This document shows positions 36,326-45,542 of a stretch of DNA of 64,000 bases, piece after piece. This DNA is from Candidatus Iainarchaeum sp. GTDB lineage: Archaea > Iainarchaeota > Iainarchaeia > Iainarchaeales > UBA10219. Location: positions 320,001 to 384,000 of the forward strand of contig JAGVWE010000002.1 in the NCBI GenBank assembly GCA_018304425.1, read 5' to 3'. The notes under the pieces were generated by a model. It ran no database searches. It had not been told where the DNA came from and saw nothing but the letters and a program-made list of their open reading frames with translations. How positions within the stretch are numbered: position 1 is the first letter of the stretch; every line of letters starts with the position of its first letter. Made by a program: the position numbers and the translations under genes.

Positions 36326-37102
36326 TTAAAACTTTGCCAGGGACAAGGCCTTGGAGGCTTCCACGAGCTGGCGGGTGTAGGCCTGGCTGGGGCGGGAGAA
36401 GAGTTGGCGGGTAGAACCGGCTTCCACGACCCTTCCATCCTTCAAGACCAGGGCCTGCCCGCACACGGCTTTGACGACGCGCAGGTCATGGGAGATGAAC
36501 AAGTAGGAGAGGCCGAACTGTTTTTGCAGGCGCTGGAGCAAGGAAAGGAGCTGGGCCTGCACCGAGACATCGAGCCCGGAAGTCGGCTCGTCCAAGACCA
36601 AGAGCCTGGGTTGGAGGGAAAGGGCACGGGCAATGCATAAACGCTGGCGTTGGCCGCCCGAAAACTCGTGGGGAAAGCGGAACAAGCCGGAGTCATCCAA
36701 GCCAACCAGGGCCAGGAGTTCGGAGGCCTTGGCACGGGCTTCGCCGGACTGGATCAAGCCGAAGTTGAGGAGTGGCTCGGAGAGCAACTGGTGGACGGGC
36801 ATGCGCGGGTTCAAGGCGGAAAAGGGGTCCTGGAAAACGATTTGAAGCCAGCGGCGCTGCGCGCGCATGCCGTGAAAGTCGAGGTCCAAGAGGTTTGTGC
36901 CGTTGAAGCGGATGCTGCCGGCATCCGGTTCGAGGAGGCGCAGGACCAGCCGGGCCAGGGTGGACTTGCCGCTCCCGGACTCGCCAACCAGGCCCAGCGC
37001 GGTGCCGGCTTCAAGGGAAAACGAGACCCCATTCACGGCATGGACTGCCTTCCCCGAATCCCGGAAGGACTTGCACAGGTTTCTCACTTCCAGCAACGCC
37101 AT
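36326..37102 (-). CDS. Opp/Dpp/Nik ABC importer ATPase (OppF-like)
   Basis: GESGSGKST, FSGGQRQR, LDEP, SHDL. Confidence 0.93.
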   Translation of the reverse strand: MALLEVRNLCKSFRDSGKAVHAVNGVSFSLEAGTALGLVGESGSGKSTLARLVLRLLEPDAGSIRFNGTNLLDLDFHGMRAQRRWLQIVFQDPFSALNPRMPVHQLLSEPLLNFGLIQSGEARAKASELLALVGLDDSGLFRFPHEFSGGQRQRLCIARALSLQPRLLVLDEPTSGLDVSVQAQLLSLLQRLQKQFGLSYLFISHDLRVVKAVCGQALVLKDGRVVEAGSTRQLFSRPSQAYTRQLVEASKALSLAKF

Positions 37103-37106
37103 GGTC

Positions 37107-37889
37107 TCACCGCAGGACGGCCTCCAAGAGGGCCCTCGTATATGGATGCCGGGGCTTCGAGAAAACGGTTTGCGTTTTTCCCTGTTCGACGATTTCGCCT
37201 TGCCGCAAAACGGCCACTCTTGAGCAATGCCGGGAAACGATGCCCAGGTCGTGGGAGATGAAGAGCACGGAGAGGTCGAACTGCCTTCGCAGCGAGGCCA
37301 GCAGGGAAAGGATTTCGGCTTGAACGGTTACGTCCAAGGCAGAAGTGGGTTCATCGGCAATCAAGAGTTTTGGCTTGCAGGACAAGGCCATGGCAATCAT
37401 GGCCTTTTGCCGCATGCCGCCGGAGAGCTGGTGGGGAAAGGCTTGAAAGACTTGCCGAGGACGAGGCATGTGAACTGCTTCCAACAGGGAGAGGACTTCC
37501 TGGCGCGCTTCCCATGGGGAGAGGCCCCTGTGGTAGAGAAGGGGTTCGGAAAGCTGTTCTCCCACGGAAAGAACCGGGTTGAAGGCGGTGAGCGGCTCCT
37601 GGAAGACCATGGCCAGTTGATGGCCCCTTATTTTTTGGCGCCGGGTTTCGGGCAGGGTTCGAAGGTCTTCGCCCGCAAAAAAGATCTCCCCCGAAGTGAT
37701 GCGGGCGGAGGGGTCCAGCAAGCCGAGGATGGCCAAGGCGGTAACGGTTTTGCCGCTGCCGGACTCGCCGACCAAGCCCATGCACTCGTTTTCGTGCACG
37801 TCAAAGGAAACCCGGCGCACGGCCTGCAACGGCAAGCCGGGGAACTCGACGGAGAGGCCTTTCACGGAGAGGAGCGGGACTTGCTTCAT
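37107..37889 (-). CDS. Opp/Dpp/Nik ABC importer ATPase (OppD-like)
   Basis: GESGSGKT, LSGGMRQ, ADEPT, HPYT. Confidence 0.93.
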   Translation of the reverse strand: MKQVPLLSVKGLSVEFPGLPLQAVRRVSFDVHENECMGLVGESGSGKTVTALAILGLLDPSARITSGEIFFAGEDLRTLPETRRQKIRGHQLAMVFQEPLTAFNPVLSVGEQLSEPLLYHRGLSPWEARQEVLSLLEAVHMPRPRQVFQAFPHQLSGGMRQKAMIAMALSCKPKLLIADEPTSALDVTVQAEILSLLASLRRQFDLSVLFISHDLGIVSRHCSRVAVLRQGEIVEQGKTQTVFSKPRHPYTRALLEAVLR

Positions 37890-39007
37890 GGGCCTCGCCT
37901 CCGTTTGGGGTCAAGGGCTTCCCGCAGTCCCTCGGCCACGAAGTTGAAGGACAACACGGTGAGGAAAAGCATGAAGCCCGGAAAGAACGCCTGCCAAGGC
38001 GAGGTGCGCAGGTAGCTCAAGCCATTCGACAACATGTTGCCCCAGGAAGCCGTGGGCGGCTGCACGCCCAAGCCAAGAAAGCTGAGGCCGGACTCGAGCA
38101 GGATGGCCCCTGCCAGGAAGAGCGTGGCCTGCACGATGATGGGGGCCAAGGCGTTGGGCAGGATGTGCCTGAAAATGATTTGGGTCTGGGTACAGCCAAT
38201 GGCCTTGGCCGCTTCCACGAATTCGCGTTGCCGGAGGGAAAGGACTTCCGCGCGAACCAGCCGGGCAGGGGAAGGCCAGCTGAGCACGCCAATCAAGAGG
38301 ATGGTGCTCGCAAGGTTGGCGCCGGTCAAGGCCACAAAGGTCAGGAGCAGCATCATACCGGGCAGGCTCATCCAGACGTCGGCCAAGCGCATGATTACCG
38401 AATCGAGGAAGCCGCCATAGTAACCGGCCAGGCAGCCGAGCAGTACACCCAGGGAAAGGGCGATGACCACGGCAAGGAAGCCAACGGAAAGCGAGATGCG
38501 GGAGGCGTAGAGGACGCGGGCGAACACGTCGCGACCGAATTCGTCGGAGCCGAATAAATGGGTTGGAGAGGGCGGCTGGTTTTCGCTGCTGAAAAGAACC
38601 AGTTCAAAAACCTTGTTCTCGTGCACGACCTCAAAGCGCTGGACGAAGCTGTTGACGGATTCGAGGTTTTCCAGGCCGATGGCTGCAAGCCTTTGCCGAA
38701 GCAGCCTGAAACCGGCAAACGGCAGGGGAAAGGCCTTGCCTGGAACGGCAAGCGCGTCCGAGAGCACGGGGAACTCGGCCAACAACGCGCTGCCATCCAG
38801 GGCGCAAGCGGCTCGCCTGCTCGTTTCCCTGAACAAGACAGATTTTTCCGTGATGCGGAGTTCGTCGGGGTCCGGAACCACGGCGTGGCCCAAGGCGTCA
38901 TTCAAGAAGGTGAAACCTGCCAATAGGTACAAGAGGCAGAGGAGGGCCAGGCCGCAGACGGCCAAGCGGTTGCCTAAAAAGTAATGCAGGGCGTCAGGGT
39001 TGCTCAT
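37886..39007 (-). CDS. Opp/Dpp/Nik ABC permease (OppC-like) with an inserted loop
   Basis: HLFGSDEFGRD, EAAKAIG, HILPN, ESGLSFLGLG. Confidence 0.92.
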   Translation of the reverse strand: MSNPDALHYFLGNRLAVCGLALLCLLYLLAGFTFLNDALGHAVVPDPDELRITEKSVLFRETSRRAACALDGSALLAEFPVLSDALAVPGKAFPLPFAGFRLLRQRLAAIGLENLESVNSFVQRFEVVHENKVFELVLFSSENQPPSPTHLFGSDEFGRDVFARVLYASRISLSVGFLAVVIALSLGVLLGCLAGYYGGFLDSVIMRLADVWMSLPGMMLLLTFVALTGANLASTILLIGVLSWPSPARLVRAEVLSLRQREFVEAAKAIGCTQTQIIFRHILPNALAPIIVQATLFLAGAILLESGLSFLGLGVQPPTASWGNMLSNGLSYLRTSPWQAFFPGFMLFLTVLSFNFVAEGLREALDPKRRRGP

Positions 39008-39968
39008 AGCGAATCCTCGGATCAGCGCAGGCGTACAAAATATCAGCCACCAGGTTGCCAATAAGAGTCAGGAAGCCGAAGAGCAGGACCTCGGCCATGA
39101 GCACCGGGTAATCGCGGGAAAAAACCGCGTTCACGGCAAGCCGCCCCATGCCGGGCCAGCCGAAAACGGTTTCGGTCAGCACCGCACCGGATAACAGGCC
39201 AGGAATCGAGTAGCCCAGCAGGGTCAGGAGTGGCAGCAAGGCATTGCGCAACGCGTGCTTGTAGAACACGACGTGGGATGGAAGGCCCTTGGCCTTGGCG
39301 GTGCGGATGAATTCCTGCTGGAGGACTTCGAGCATGCTGCCCCTGACATACCGGGTCAAGGCGGCGGCCTCGCCAAGGGCCAGGACCACCATGGGCAGCA
39401 GGAGGTGCGCGAAAAAGTCAGGCCAGGAGAAGGAGGCCAGCCTTGGATCCGCCATCCCGGAACTGGGCAGCCAGTTCAGGGAAACCGAGAACACCAAGAT
39501 CAACATCATGGCCAGCCAAAAATTGGGGAGGGAGAACTCGGCAAAGGCGAGGAAGGAAAAAAATCGGTCGAAGAAGGAATGGGGTTTCAAGGCAGAGGTG
39601 ACGCCGAGGGGCACGGCTATCAGCAGGGCCAGCAGGAGCGAGGAAACCGATAAGGCCAGGGTCGGAAAAACGCGTTCGCCCAGGAGTTGGATGACGGGGT
39701 AACCGGGCTTCAAGCCAATGGACTGGCCCAAGTCCCCGGACAAAACCCGTGAAAGCCAGGAAAGGTATTGAAGCGGAAGGGGCTGGTCCAGGCCCAGGCG
39801 TTCCTCCAGTGCCTGAACGGCCGCGGGGTCAAAGGCTTTCTCGCCCAGGAGGGTGGAGGCCGGGCTTCCAGGAGCCAAATGGATGATGGAAAAGGACAGC
39901 AGGGAAAGGAGGAACAGCAGGGGAAGGATGCCCAGCAACCGCTTGACCGCATACCGGGTTAAGGCCAT
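38994..39968 (-). CDS. Opp/Dpp/Nik ABC permease (OppB-like)
   Basis: GLDQPL, TAKAKGL, HALRNA, ETVFGWPG, DPRIR. Confidence 0.93.
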   Translation of the reverse strand: MALTRYAVKRLLGILPLLFLLSLLSFSIIHLAPGSPASTLLGEKAFDPAAVQALEERLGLDQPLPLQYLSWLSRVLSGDLGQSIGLKPGYPVIQLLGERVFPTLALSVSSLLLALLIAVPLGVTSALKPHSFFDRFFSFLAFAEFSLPNFWLAMMLILVFSVSLNWLPSSGMADPRLASFSWPDFFAHLLLPMVVLALGEAAALTRYVRGSMLEVLQQEFIRTAKAKGLPSHVVFYKHALRNALLPLLTLLGYSIPGLLSGAVLTETVFGWPGMGRLAVNAVFSRDYPVLMAEVLLFGFLTLIGNLVADILYACADPRIRYEQP

Positions 39969-39972
39969 GGTT

Positions 39973-41559
39973 TCACTCCGCGTACTCCGGCTTGAGTTTC
40001 CACCGCTCGATGTTCCACAACAAGCCCAATGGACTGGCAAGGATGCCGTCATCGGCCGTGAACCGCTTGTTCACGCCGACCGTTGAAGAACCATAGAAGA
40101 GGAAAACGTAGGGCTGGTCTTCGGCGATGAGTTCCTGGAAACGCCAATAAAGCGGCTTGCGTTTTTCTTCCGCGCAGCCGGGAACGATCAGGGCTTCGTC
40201 CAGGACCTGGTCGACTTCCGGGTTGGCGTAGGAGACGAAGTTGTACTTGCCTGCCTTCTTGGAGTGCCAGATGCCGGAGGCATCCGGGTCCAGGCCCAGG
40301 CTCCAGCCCAGGATGACCGCATCGAACCGCTTGCGGTTGACCTGGTCCAGGAAGGTGGGCCATTCAAGGACGGAGACCCGGGCCTGGACGCCGATTTTTT
40401 TCAGGTAGTACTGGATGATGACCGCGGCTTTTTCCCGTTGCTTGTTGCCCTTGTTAGTGAGCAACTCAAACGAAAACGGTTTGCCCTCCTTGTCCAGGAC
40501 GCCATCCCCATCCGAGTCCGCGAAGCCGGCTTCCCGGAGCAGGCCCAGCGCGAGGTCCGGGTTGAAGGCAGGGGGTTTCACGTCCGGGTTGAAGGCCCAG
40601 GATACGGGTGACAGGGGCCCATTCGCCGTTTCCCCATAGCCCAGCATGGTGGACTCGGTCAGGGCCTCCAAGTCGATGGCGTGGGAAAAGGCTTTCCGCA
40701 CGCGTTGGTCGCGGAAAAAGGGGTGAAGCAGGTTGAAGCCCATGAACGTATAGTTGTTGGTGGAATAAACGTAAACGTCGAGGTTCTTGTTTTGCCGGAA
40801 CCGTGGCACCTGCTCGGGTTCAATGCCCGCCAAATCGATTTCCCCTGTAATCAATTGCTCTTGGATGACGAGGTTGTCCGGAACCACCTTGTAAATGATT
40901 TCGTCGAGGTACGGCTTGCCGGAAAAAAAGCCGTCGAAGGCGGAAACCCGAATCAACTCGTCGGGTTTCCACTCGGAGAAACGAAATGGACCAGAGCCAA
41001 CCGGGTGGGAATTGAAGGCCGCCGTATTTATGTTCCGGCCTTCGAGCAAGTGCCTGGGCAGAACGCCGAAGCCCGTGGTGAGCAGGAAGGAACAATCCGG
41101 CTTGGAGAGGTGAAAGACCACCGTGGACGCATCGGGGGCTTCCACGCGTTCCAGGTATTGGACGGCGTCCTTGTAGGGCGAGTCCGTGGCAGGGTCCAGC
41201 AGCCGGTCAAACGTGAACTTCACGTCCGCTGAGGAAAACAGCCCGCCGTCCTGGAAGCGGAGGCCGGGTCGAAGCGTGAAGGTGTACGTCAAACCGTCCT
41301 CCGAGACGTTCCAGGACTCAGCCAGCCTTGGATAGGGTTCCAGGGTCTTCGGGTTAACCCCGATGAGGCCGTCAAAGACCAAGCCAATCACGTCACTGGA
41401 AGCGGAGTCCGAAGAAAGCAAGGGGTTCAGGGTTTTCGCGTCCCCAATGGATCCCCACACCAGGGCATTGGAGGCCGAAAGCGAACTCCCCTGCGAAGGA
41501 GCAGAACAACCAGCCAAGGACAAGAGCAAGGCCAATGCAAACAGGAAACGCATGTTCAT
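39973..41559 (-). CDS. Opp/Dpp/Nik ABC substrate-binding lipoprotein (family 5)
   Basis: LAGC lipobox, LAESW, GLTYTFTLR, VGSGPF, DQRVRKA. Confidence 0.93.
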   Translation of the reverse strand: MNMRFLFALALLLSLAGCSAPSQGSSLSASNALVWGSIGDAKTLNPLLSSDSASSDVIGLVFDGLIGVNPKTLEPYPRLAESWNVSEDGLTYTFTLRPGLRFQDGGLFSSADVKFTFDRLLDPATDSPYKDAVQYLERVEAPDASTVVFHLSKPDCSFLLTTGFGVLPRHLLEGRNINTAAFNSHPVGSGPFRFSEWKPDELIRVSAFDGFFSGKPYLDEIIYKVVPDNLVIQEQLITGEIDLAGIEPEQVPRFRQNKNLDVYVYSTNNYTFMGFNLLHPFFRDQRVRKAFSHAIDLEALTESTMLGYGETANGPLSPVSWAFNPDVKPPAFNPDLALGLLREAGFADSDGDGVLDKEGKPFSFELLTNKGNKQREKAAVIIQYYLKKIGVQARVSVLEWPTFLDQVNRKRFDAVILGWSLGLDPDASGIWHSKKAGKYNFVSYANPEVDQVLDEALIVPGCAEEKRKPLYWRFQELIAEDQPYVFLFYGSSTVGVNKRFTADDGILASPLGLLWNIERWKLKPEYAE

Positions 41560-41674
41560 CCTAATGCGCGGAAAGGAATTTAAGCCGGTTATAGGGCCAT
41601 TCCAAAGGGAATAAAAGAGGCAAGGGACACCGTTAATAAGCATAGCCGGGAATACATTTATTCAAGGCGAGAAC

Positions 41675-43996
41675 TTGAACCCGAAAATCCTCATTACCAG
41701 CGCCTTGCCCTACGTGAACAACGTGCCCCACCTCGGCAACCTCATAGGCTGCGTGCTCTCAGCCGATGTGTTCGCACGATATTGCCGGAGCAGGGGATAC
41801 GACACCTTGTACGTGTGCGGCACCGACGAACATGGCACGGCAACCGAGATCAAGGCGCTCGAAGAGGGGCTGACGCCAAAAGCGTTGTGCGACAAGTACT
41901 ATAAAGTGCACAAGGAGATCTATGACTGGATTGGCTGCAGTTTTGACGTCTTCGGCCGAACCTCGTCCAAAGTGCATGCCGAGACCACGCAGGAAATATT
42001 CCGGAAGCTGGCCGCGCACGGCTACGTTTCCGAGGGCAGCCTGGACCAGACCTACTGCGAGCAATGCCAAAAGTTCCTGGCCGACCGGTTTGTGCTCGGC
42101 ACCTGCCCCAAGTGCAGCTACCCGCACGCCCGCGGCGACCAATGCGAGAACTGCGGCAAGCTCCTCAACCCCACCGAACTCGTGAACGCCCACTGCAAGA
42201 CCTGTGGGGCCCTGCCTGCGGTCAGGGCCAGCCGGCACCTCTTCCTGGACCTGGACCAGTTCGCGGAACGCCTTGCCCAGTGGAGCCGGAAGCGGGCCAA
42301 AGAAGGTTTTTGGACGCAGACCGCAAAAGGCATTACCGAGGCCTGGCTAAAGGAAGGCCTGACCAAGCGGTGCATCACCCGCGACCTGAAATGGGGCGTG
42401 CCCGTGCCCCACCCAGGCTACGAAGACAAGGTCTTCTACGTGTGGTTTGACGCGCCCATAGGTTATATCTCGATTACCCGGGAAAAGCGCCCTGACTGGG
42501 GGGAATGGTGGAAGAACGGCCATGAAAACGTGCACTTATACCAGTTCATGGCCAAAGACAACGTGCCGTTCCACTCGATTTTGTTTCCCGCCACCCTGCT
42601 GGGAACCGGCGACCACTGGAACTTAGTGTACCATTTGGAGTCCATCGAGTTCCTCAACTACGAATCAGGGCAGTTCTCCAAGAGCCGGGGCATCGGCGTG
42701 TTCGGGGACAGCGCCATGCAGTCCGGCGTGCCCGCCGACGTCTGGCGGTTTTATCTGGTGTACAACCGCCCCGAAACCTCGGACAGCGAGTTCAACTGGG
42801 ATGACTTCTACGAGCGCGTGAACAATGACCTGATCGCGAACCTTGGAAACCTGGTGAACCGCACCCTAACGTTTGCGGAGAAATTTTACGCGGGAAAGGT
42901 TCCAAGGGGGGAAATGAACCCGGCACTGGCTAAAAAGGTGAAAGCCTATGCGGTGGAGACCGCGGAACTGATGGAGGGAGTTAAGGAACGTGAAGCCCTC
43001 AAGAAGGTGCTCGAGCTATCAAAACTTGGCAACCAGTTCTTCCAAGTGCAGGAACCCTGGAAGAAAGTGAAAACGGACCAGGCAGCGGCAGATGACGCGG
43101 TATACTCGCTGCTCCATTTCGTGAAGGACCTCGGCATCCTGATAAGCCCGTTCCTGCCGCAGACCGGAGCCAGCATCTTCCGGCAACTCAACCTGAAAGA
43201 AGCAGGCTGGGCGGATATCGGCAAGGAATCACTGAAACCGGGCCACAAAATTGGGCGCGCCCAACTCCTTTTCACGAAACTCGAAGAGAAACAGGTGGAC
43301 GGGTTCAGGGAAACGTACTCGGCCAAAACCAAAGCCGCCTCCCTGCCTGAAATCGGGTTCACGGTCTCGCCGCGAGCGGCCGCGCTGGGCATCAAGGCAA
43401 GGGCCGCGCTCGTGGAAGGCGTGAAGGTCAAGAACAAGCACAGCGAACTTCGCCGCCTCACCAAGGAGAAAAGCCAGGAAGTGGTGGGCCGTGACATGTC
43501 CCAGAACAAGGCGAACAATGGGTTCAAGGAAATTTACCGCAAGGTAGGCATACAAGGCTTTGTGCCGGCCAGCGAACGGTTGTACGAGTACATCCGGAAA
43601 AGCGGATGCATTCCCGGCATCAACACGGTTGTAGACTCATACAACCTGGTCGCGATTGACACCATGCTAATCATCGGCGCGCACGATGCCAACCGAATCA
43701 AGGGCAACGTCCGCGTGGACCTGACCAAGGGCAGCGAAAGGTACATGCCTCTCGGTAAGCACGCGCCCGAAAAAATTGCGGCCGGGGAATACGCTTTCAT
43801 GGATGACGAGAAAGTCATCTGCCGGTTGGACGTCAAGCAATGTGAGCAAACCAAGGTGGATGAGGGAACGTCCAACCTGCTCGTGTACGTGCAAGGCAAT
43901 GATGCCACCGCCGATGGCGAGTTGTCTGCAGCCCTGAAGCAGGCGTGCGAGAACATCGTCAAGTACAACGGGGGCAAGTATCGGTTGCTGAAGTGA
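41675..43996 (+). CDS. metG: Methionine--tRNA ligase with C-terminal B3/4-type domain
   Basis: TSALPYVN, HLGN, GTDEHG, four CxxC Zn knuckles, YVWFDA, QFSKS; about 215-aa B3/4-like tail. Confidence 0.95.
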   Translation: MNPKILITSALPYVNNVPHLGNLIGCVLSADVFARYCRSRGYDTLYVCGTDEHGTATEIKALEEGLTPKALCDKYYKVHKEIYDWIGCSFDVFGRTSSKVHAETTQEIFRKLAAHGYVSEGSLDQTYCEQCQKFLADRFVLGTCPKCSYPHARGDQCENCGKLLNPTELVNAHCKTCGALPAVRASRHLFLDLDQFAERLAQWSRKRAKEGFWTQTAKGITEAWLKEGLTKRCITRDLKWGVPVPHPGYEDKVFYVWFDAPIGYISITREKRPDWGEWWKNGHENVHLYQFMAKDNVPFHSILFPATLLGTGDHWNLVYHLESIEFLNYESGQFSKSRGIGVFGDSAMQSGVPADVWRFYLVYNRPETSDSEFNWDDFYERVNNDLIANLGNLVNRTLTFAEKFYAGKVPRGEMNPALAKKVKAYAVETAELMEGVKEREALKKVLELSKLGNQFFQVQEPWKKVKTDQAAADDAVYSLLHFVKDLGILISPFLPQTGASIFRQLNLKEAGWADIGKESLKPGHKIGRAQLLFTKLEEKQVDGFRETYSAKTKAASLPEIGFTVSPRAAALGIKARAALVEGVKVKNKHSELRRLTKEKSQEVVGRDMSQNKANNGFKEIYRKVGIQGFVPASERLYEYIRKSGCIPGINTVVDSYNLVAIDTMLIIGAHDANRIKGNVRVDLTKGSERYMPLGKHAPEKIAAGEYAFMDDEKVICRLDVKQCEQTKVDEGTSNLLVYVQGNDATADGELSAALKQACENIVKYNGGKYRLLK

Positions 43997-44008
43997 GGGA
44001 AGGGAGCT

Positions 44009-44818
44009 ATGCCAAAACACAAGCCGCTTGTAAGCTTTTCAACGGACTTTGGGCCGGGCAACCGGGGCCACGGGGTTATGAAAGCCGTGATTTTGGAGCG
44101 GTGCCCGGACGCGGAAGTCGTGGAATTGGCTACAAACGTCGAGGGCTTTGACTTGCGGGATGGAGCAAAGAACTTTGAAGGCCTTGCCTGGCTGCCGAAG
44201 GGAATACACATCTGCGTGGTCGACCCGGGAGTGGGAACCCAGCGCCGGGGCCTAATCATTGAGACGGGTAGAGGCGATTATCTGGTGGGTCCGGACAACG
44301 GGGTGCTGCTGCCCGCCGCATCCTTTGTAGGCGACGTGAAAAGAGCCTGGCACATCACCAACCAAGAGTATTTGCGCCAGCCTGTTTCCCATGTCTTCCA
44401 CGGGAGAGACGTGTTCGCGAGCGTGGCCGGGCACTTGGCGGCAGGCGTGAAACCCCAGGAAATCGGCGTCGAGGTAGGCGCCGGCAGCCTTGCACCCGCA
44501 CCCTACCCGGAAGCGTGCGCGGAAAATGGGAGAATATCGGCTGAAATCATTCACGTCAACGCATTCGGCAATGTATCGTTCAACATCCGGAATGAGGCCC
44601 TGCACCAACTGGTTTCATTGGATGACCTGATCACGCTGACAAAGGGCAAGCAAAAAATCGCGTTGCCCTACAAGAAAACCTTCGGCGAAGTCGCGGCCGG
44701 GACCGGGCTAATCTTTGACGGCGACTTCGGCCGCGTGGAAGCCGCCCTCAACCAGGGAAGTTTGGCTGCAAAAGCAGGGCTAAAGACCGCTGACCGGGTG
44801 ACGCTGGCCAAGTGTTGA
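44009..44818 (+). CDS. DUF62 SAM hydrolase (SAM hydroxide adenosyltransferase/halogenase family)
   Basis: TDFG, VVDPGVGTQRR, GPDNG, FHGRDVF, FGN. Confidence 0.9.
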   Translation: MPKHKPLVSFSTDFGPGNRGHGVMKAVILERCPDAEVVELATNVEGFDLRDGAKNFEGLAWLPKGIHICVVDPGVGTQRRGLIIETGRGDYLVGPDNGVLLPAASFVGDVKRAWHITNQEYLRQPVSHVFHGRDVFASVAGHLAAGVKPQEIGVEVGAGSLAPAPYPEACAENGRISAEIIHVNAFGNVSFNIRNEALHQLVSLDDLITLTKGKQKIALPYKKTFGEVAAGTGLIFDGDFGRVEAALNQGSLAAKAGLKTADRVTLAKC

Positions 44819-44834
44819 GAGGGGGAATAACCGC

Positions 44835-45542
44835 ATGCCCAACGAAACCATCATCGAAGCAAAAGATGTTTACAAGATATTCGAGTTGGGCGCGGAAAAA
44901 GTGTACGCCTTGAATGGTGTGAACCTCGAGGTAAGGAACGGCGAATTTGTTTCCATCATGGGCCCCTCAGGCAGCGGGAAGACGACTTTCCTGGACGTGC
45001 TGAGCTGCATGGAGCGGCCCACCCAAGGCGAGGTGTTTATCAAAGGCAGGAAGGTCAGCCGCATGACAGACGATGAACTGGCCAGGGTGCGGGGTTCCAC
45101 GATTGGCTTCGTATTTCAGACCTTCAACCTCATCCCAAGGTTTAACGCCGTGGAAAACGTCATGCTGCCCCTCTGGTTCAAGCGAGTTCCCGTCCAGGAG
45201 CGGAGAAAGAAGGCCATGGAAGCCCTGAAAGCCGTTGGTTTAGGGGACCGGCTCTGGCACAAGCCCAGCCAGTTATCGGGCGGGCAACGGCAGCGCGTGG
45301 CCATTGCCCGGGCCCTGGCCGTAGAGCCTGAAGTCATTGTGGCAGACGAGCCCACCGGCAACCTGGACTCGGTTTCCGGCACCCAGATCCTGGACTTGAT
45401 TGCCGACCTGCACCGGGAGCAGGGGAAAACGATTTTAATGGTTACCCACGAAAAGACTGTTGGAGCGAGGGCGGAAAAAATCGTTCGCCTGATGGACGGA
45501 AAAATCGTGGGCACGGAAAACGGCAGCGGAGGGAAAAAATGA
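44835..45542 (+). CDS. MacB/LolD/SalX-type ABC ATPase
   Basis: GPSGSGKT, IGFVFQTFNL, LSGGQRQR, ADEPTGNLD. Confidence 0.95.
   Translation: MPNETIIEAKDVYKIFELGAEKVYALNGVNLEVRNGEFVSIMGPSGSGKTTFLDVLSCMERPTQGEVFIKGRKVSRMTDDELARVRGSTIGFVFQTFNLIPRFNAVENVMLPLWFKRVPVQERRKKAMEALKAVGLGDRLWHKPSQLSGGQRQRVAIARALAVEPEVIVADEPTGNLDSVSGTQILDLIADLHREQGKTILMVTHEKTVGARAEKIVRLMDGKIVGTENGSGGKK

Noticed and set aside
44009-44818. Fluorinase/chlorinase for halometabolite synthesis
   Set aside because: The hydrolase-type Asp/Arg/His residues are present and there is no secondary-metabolite context
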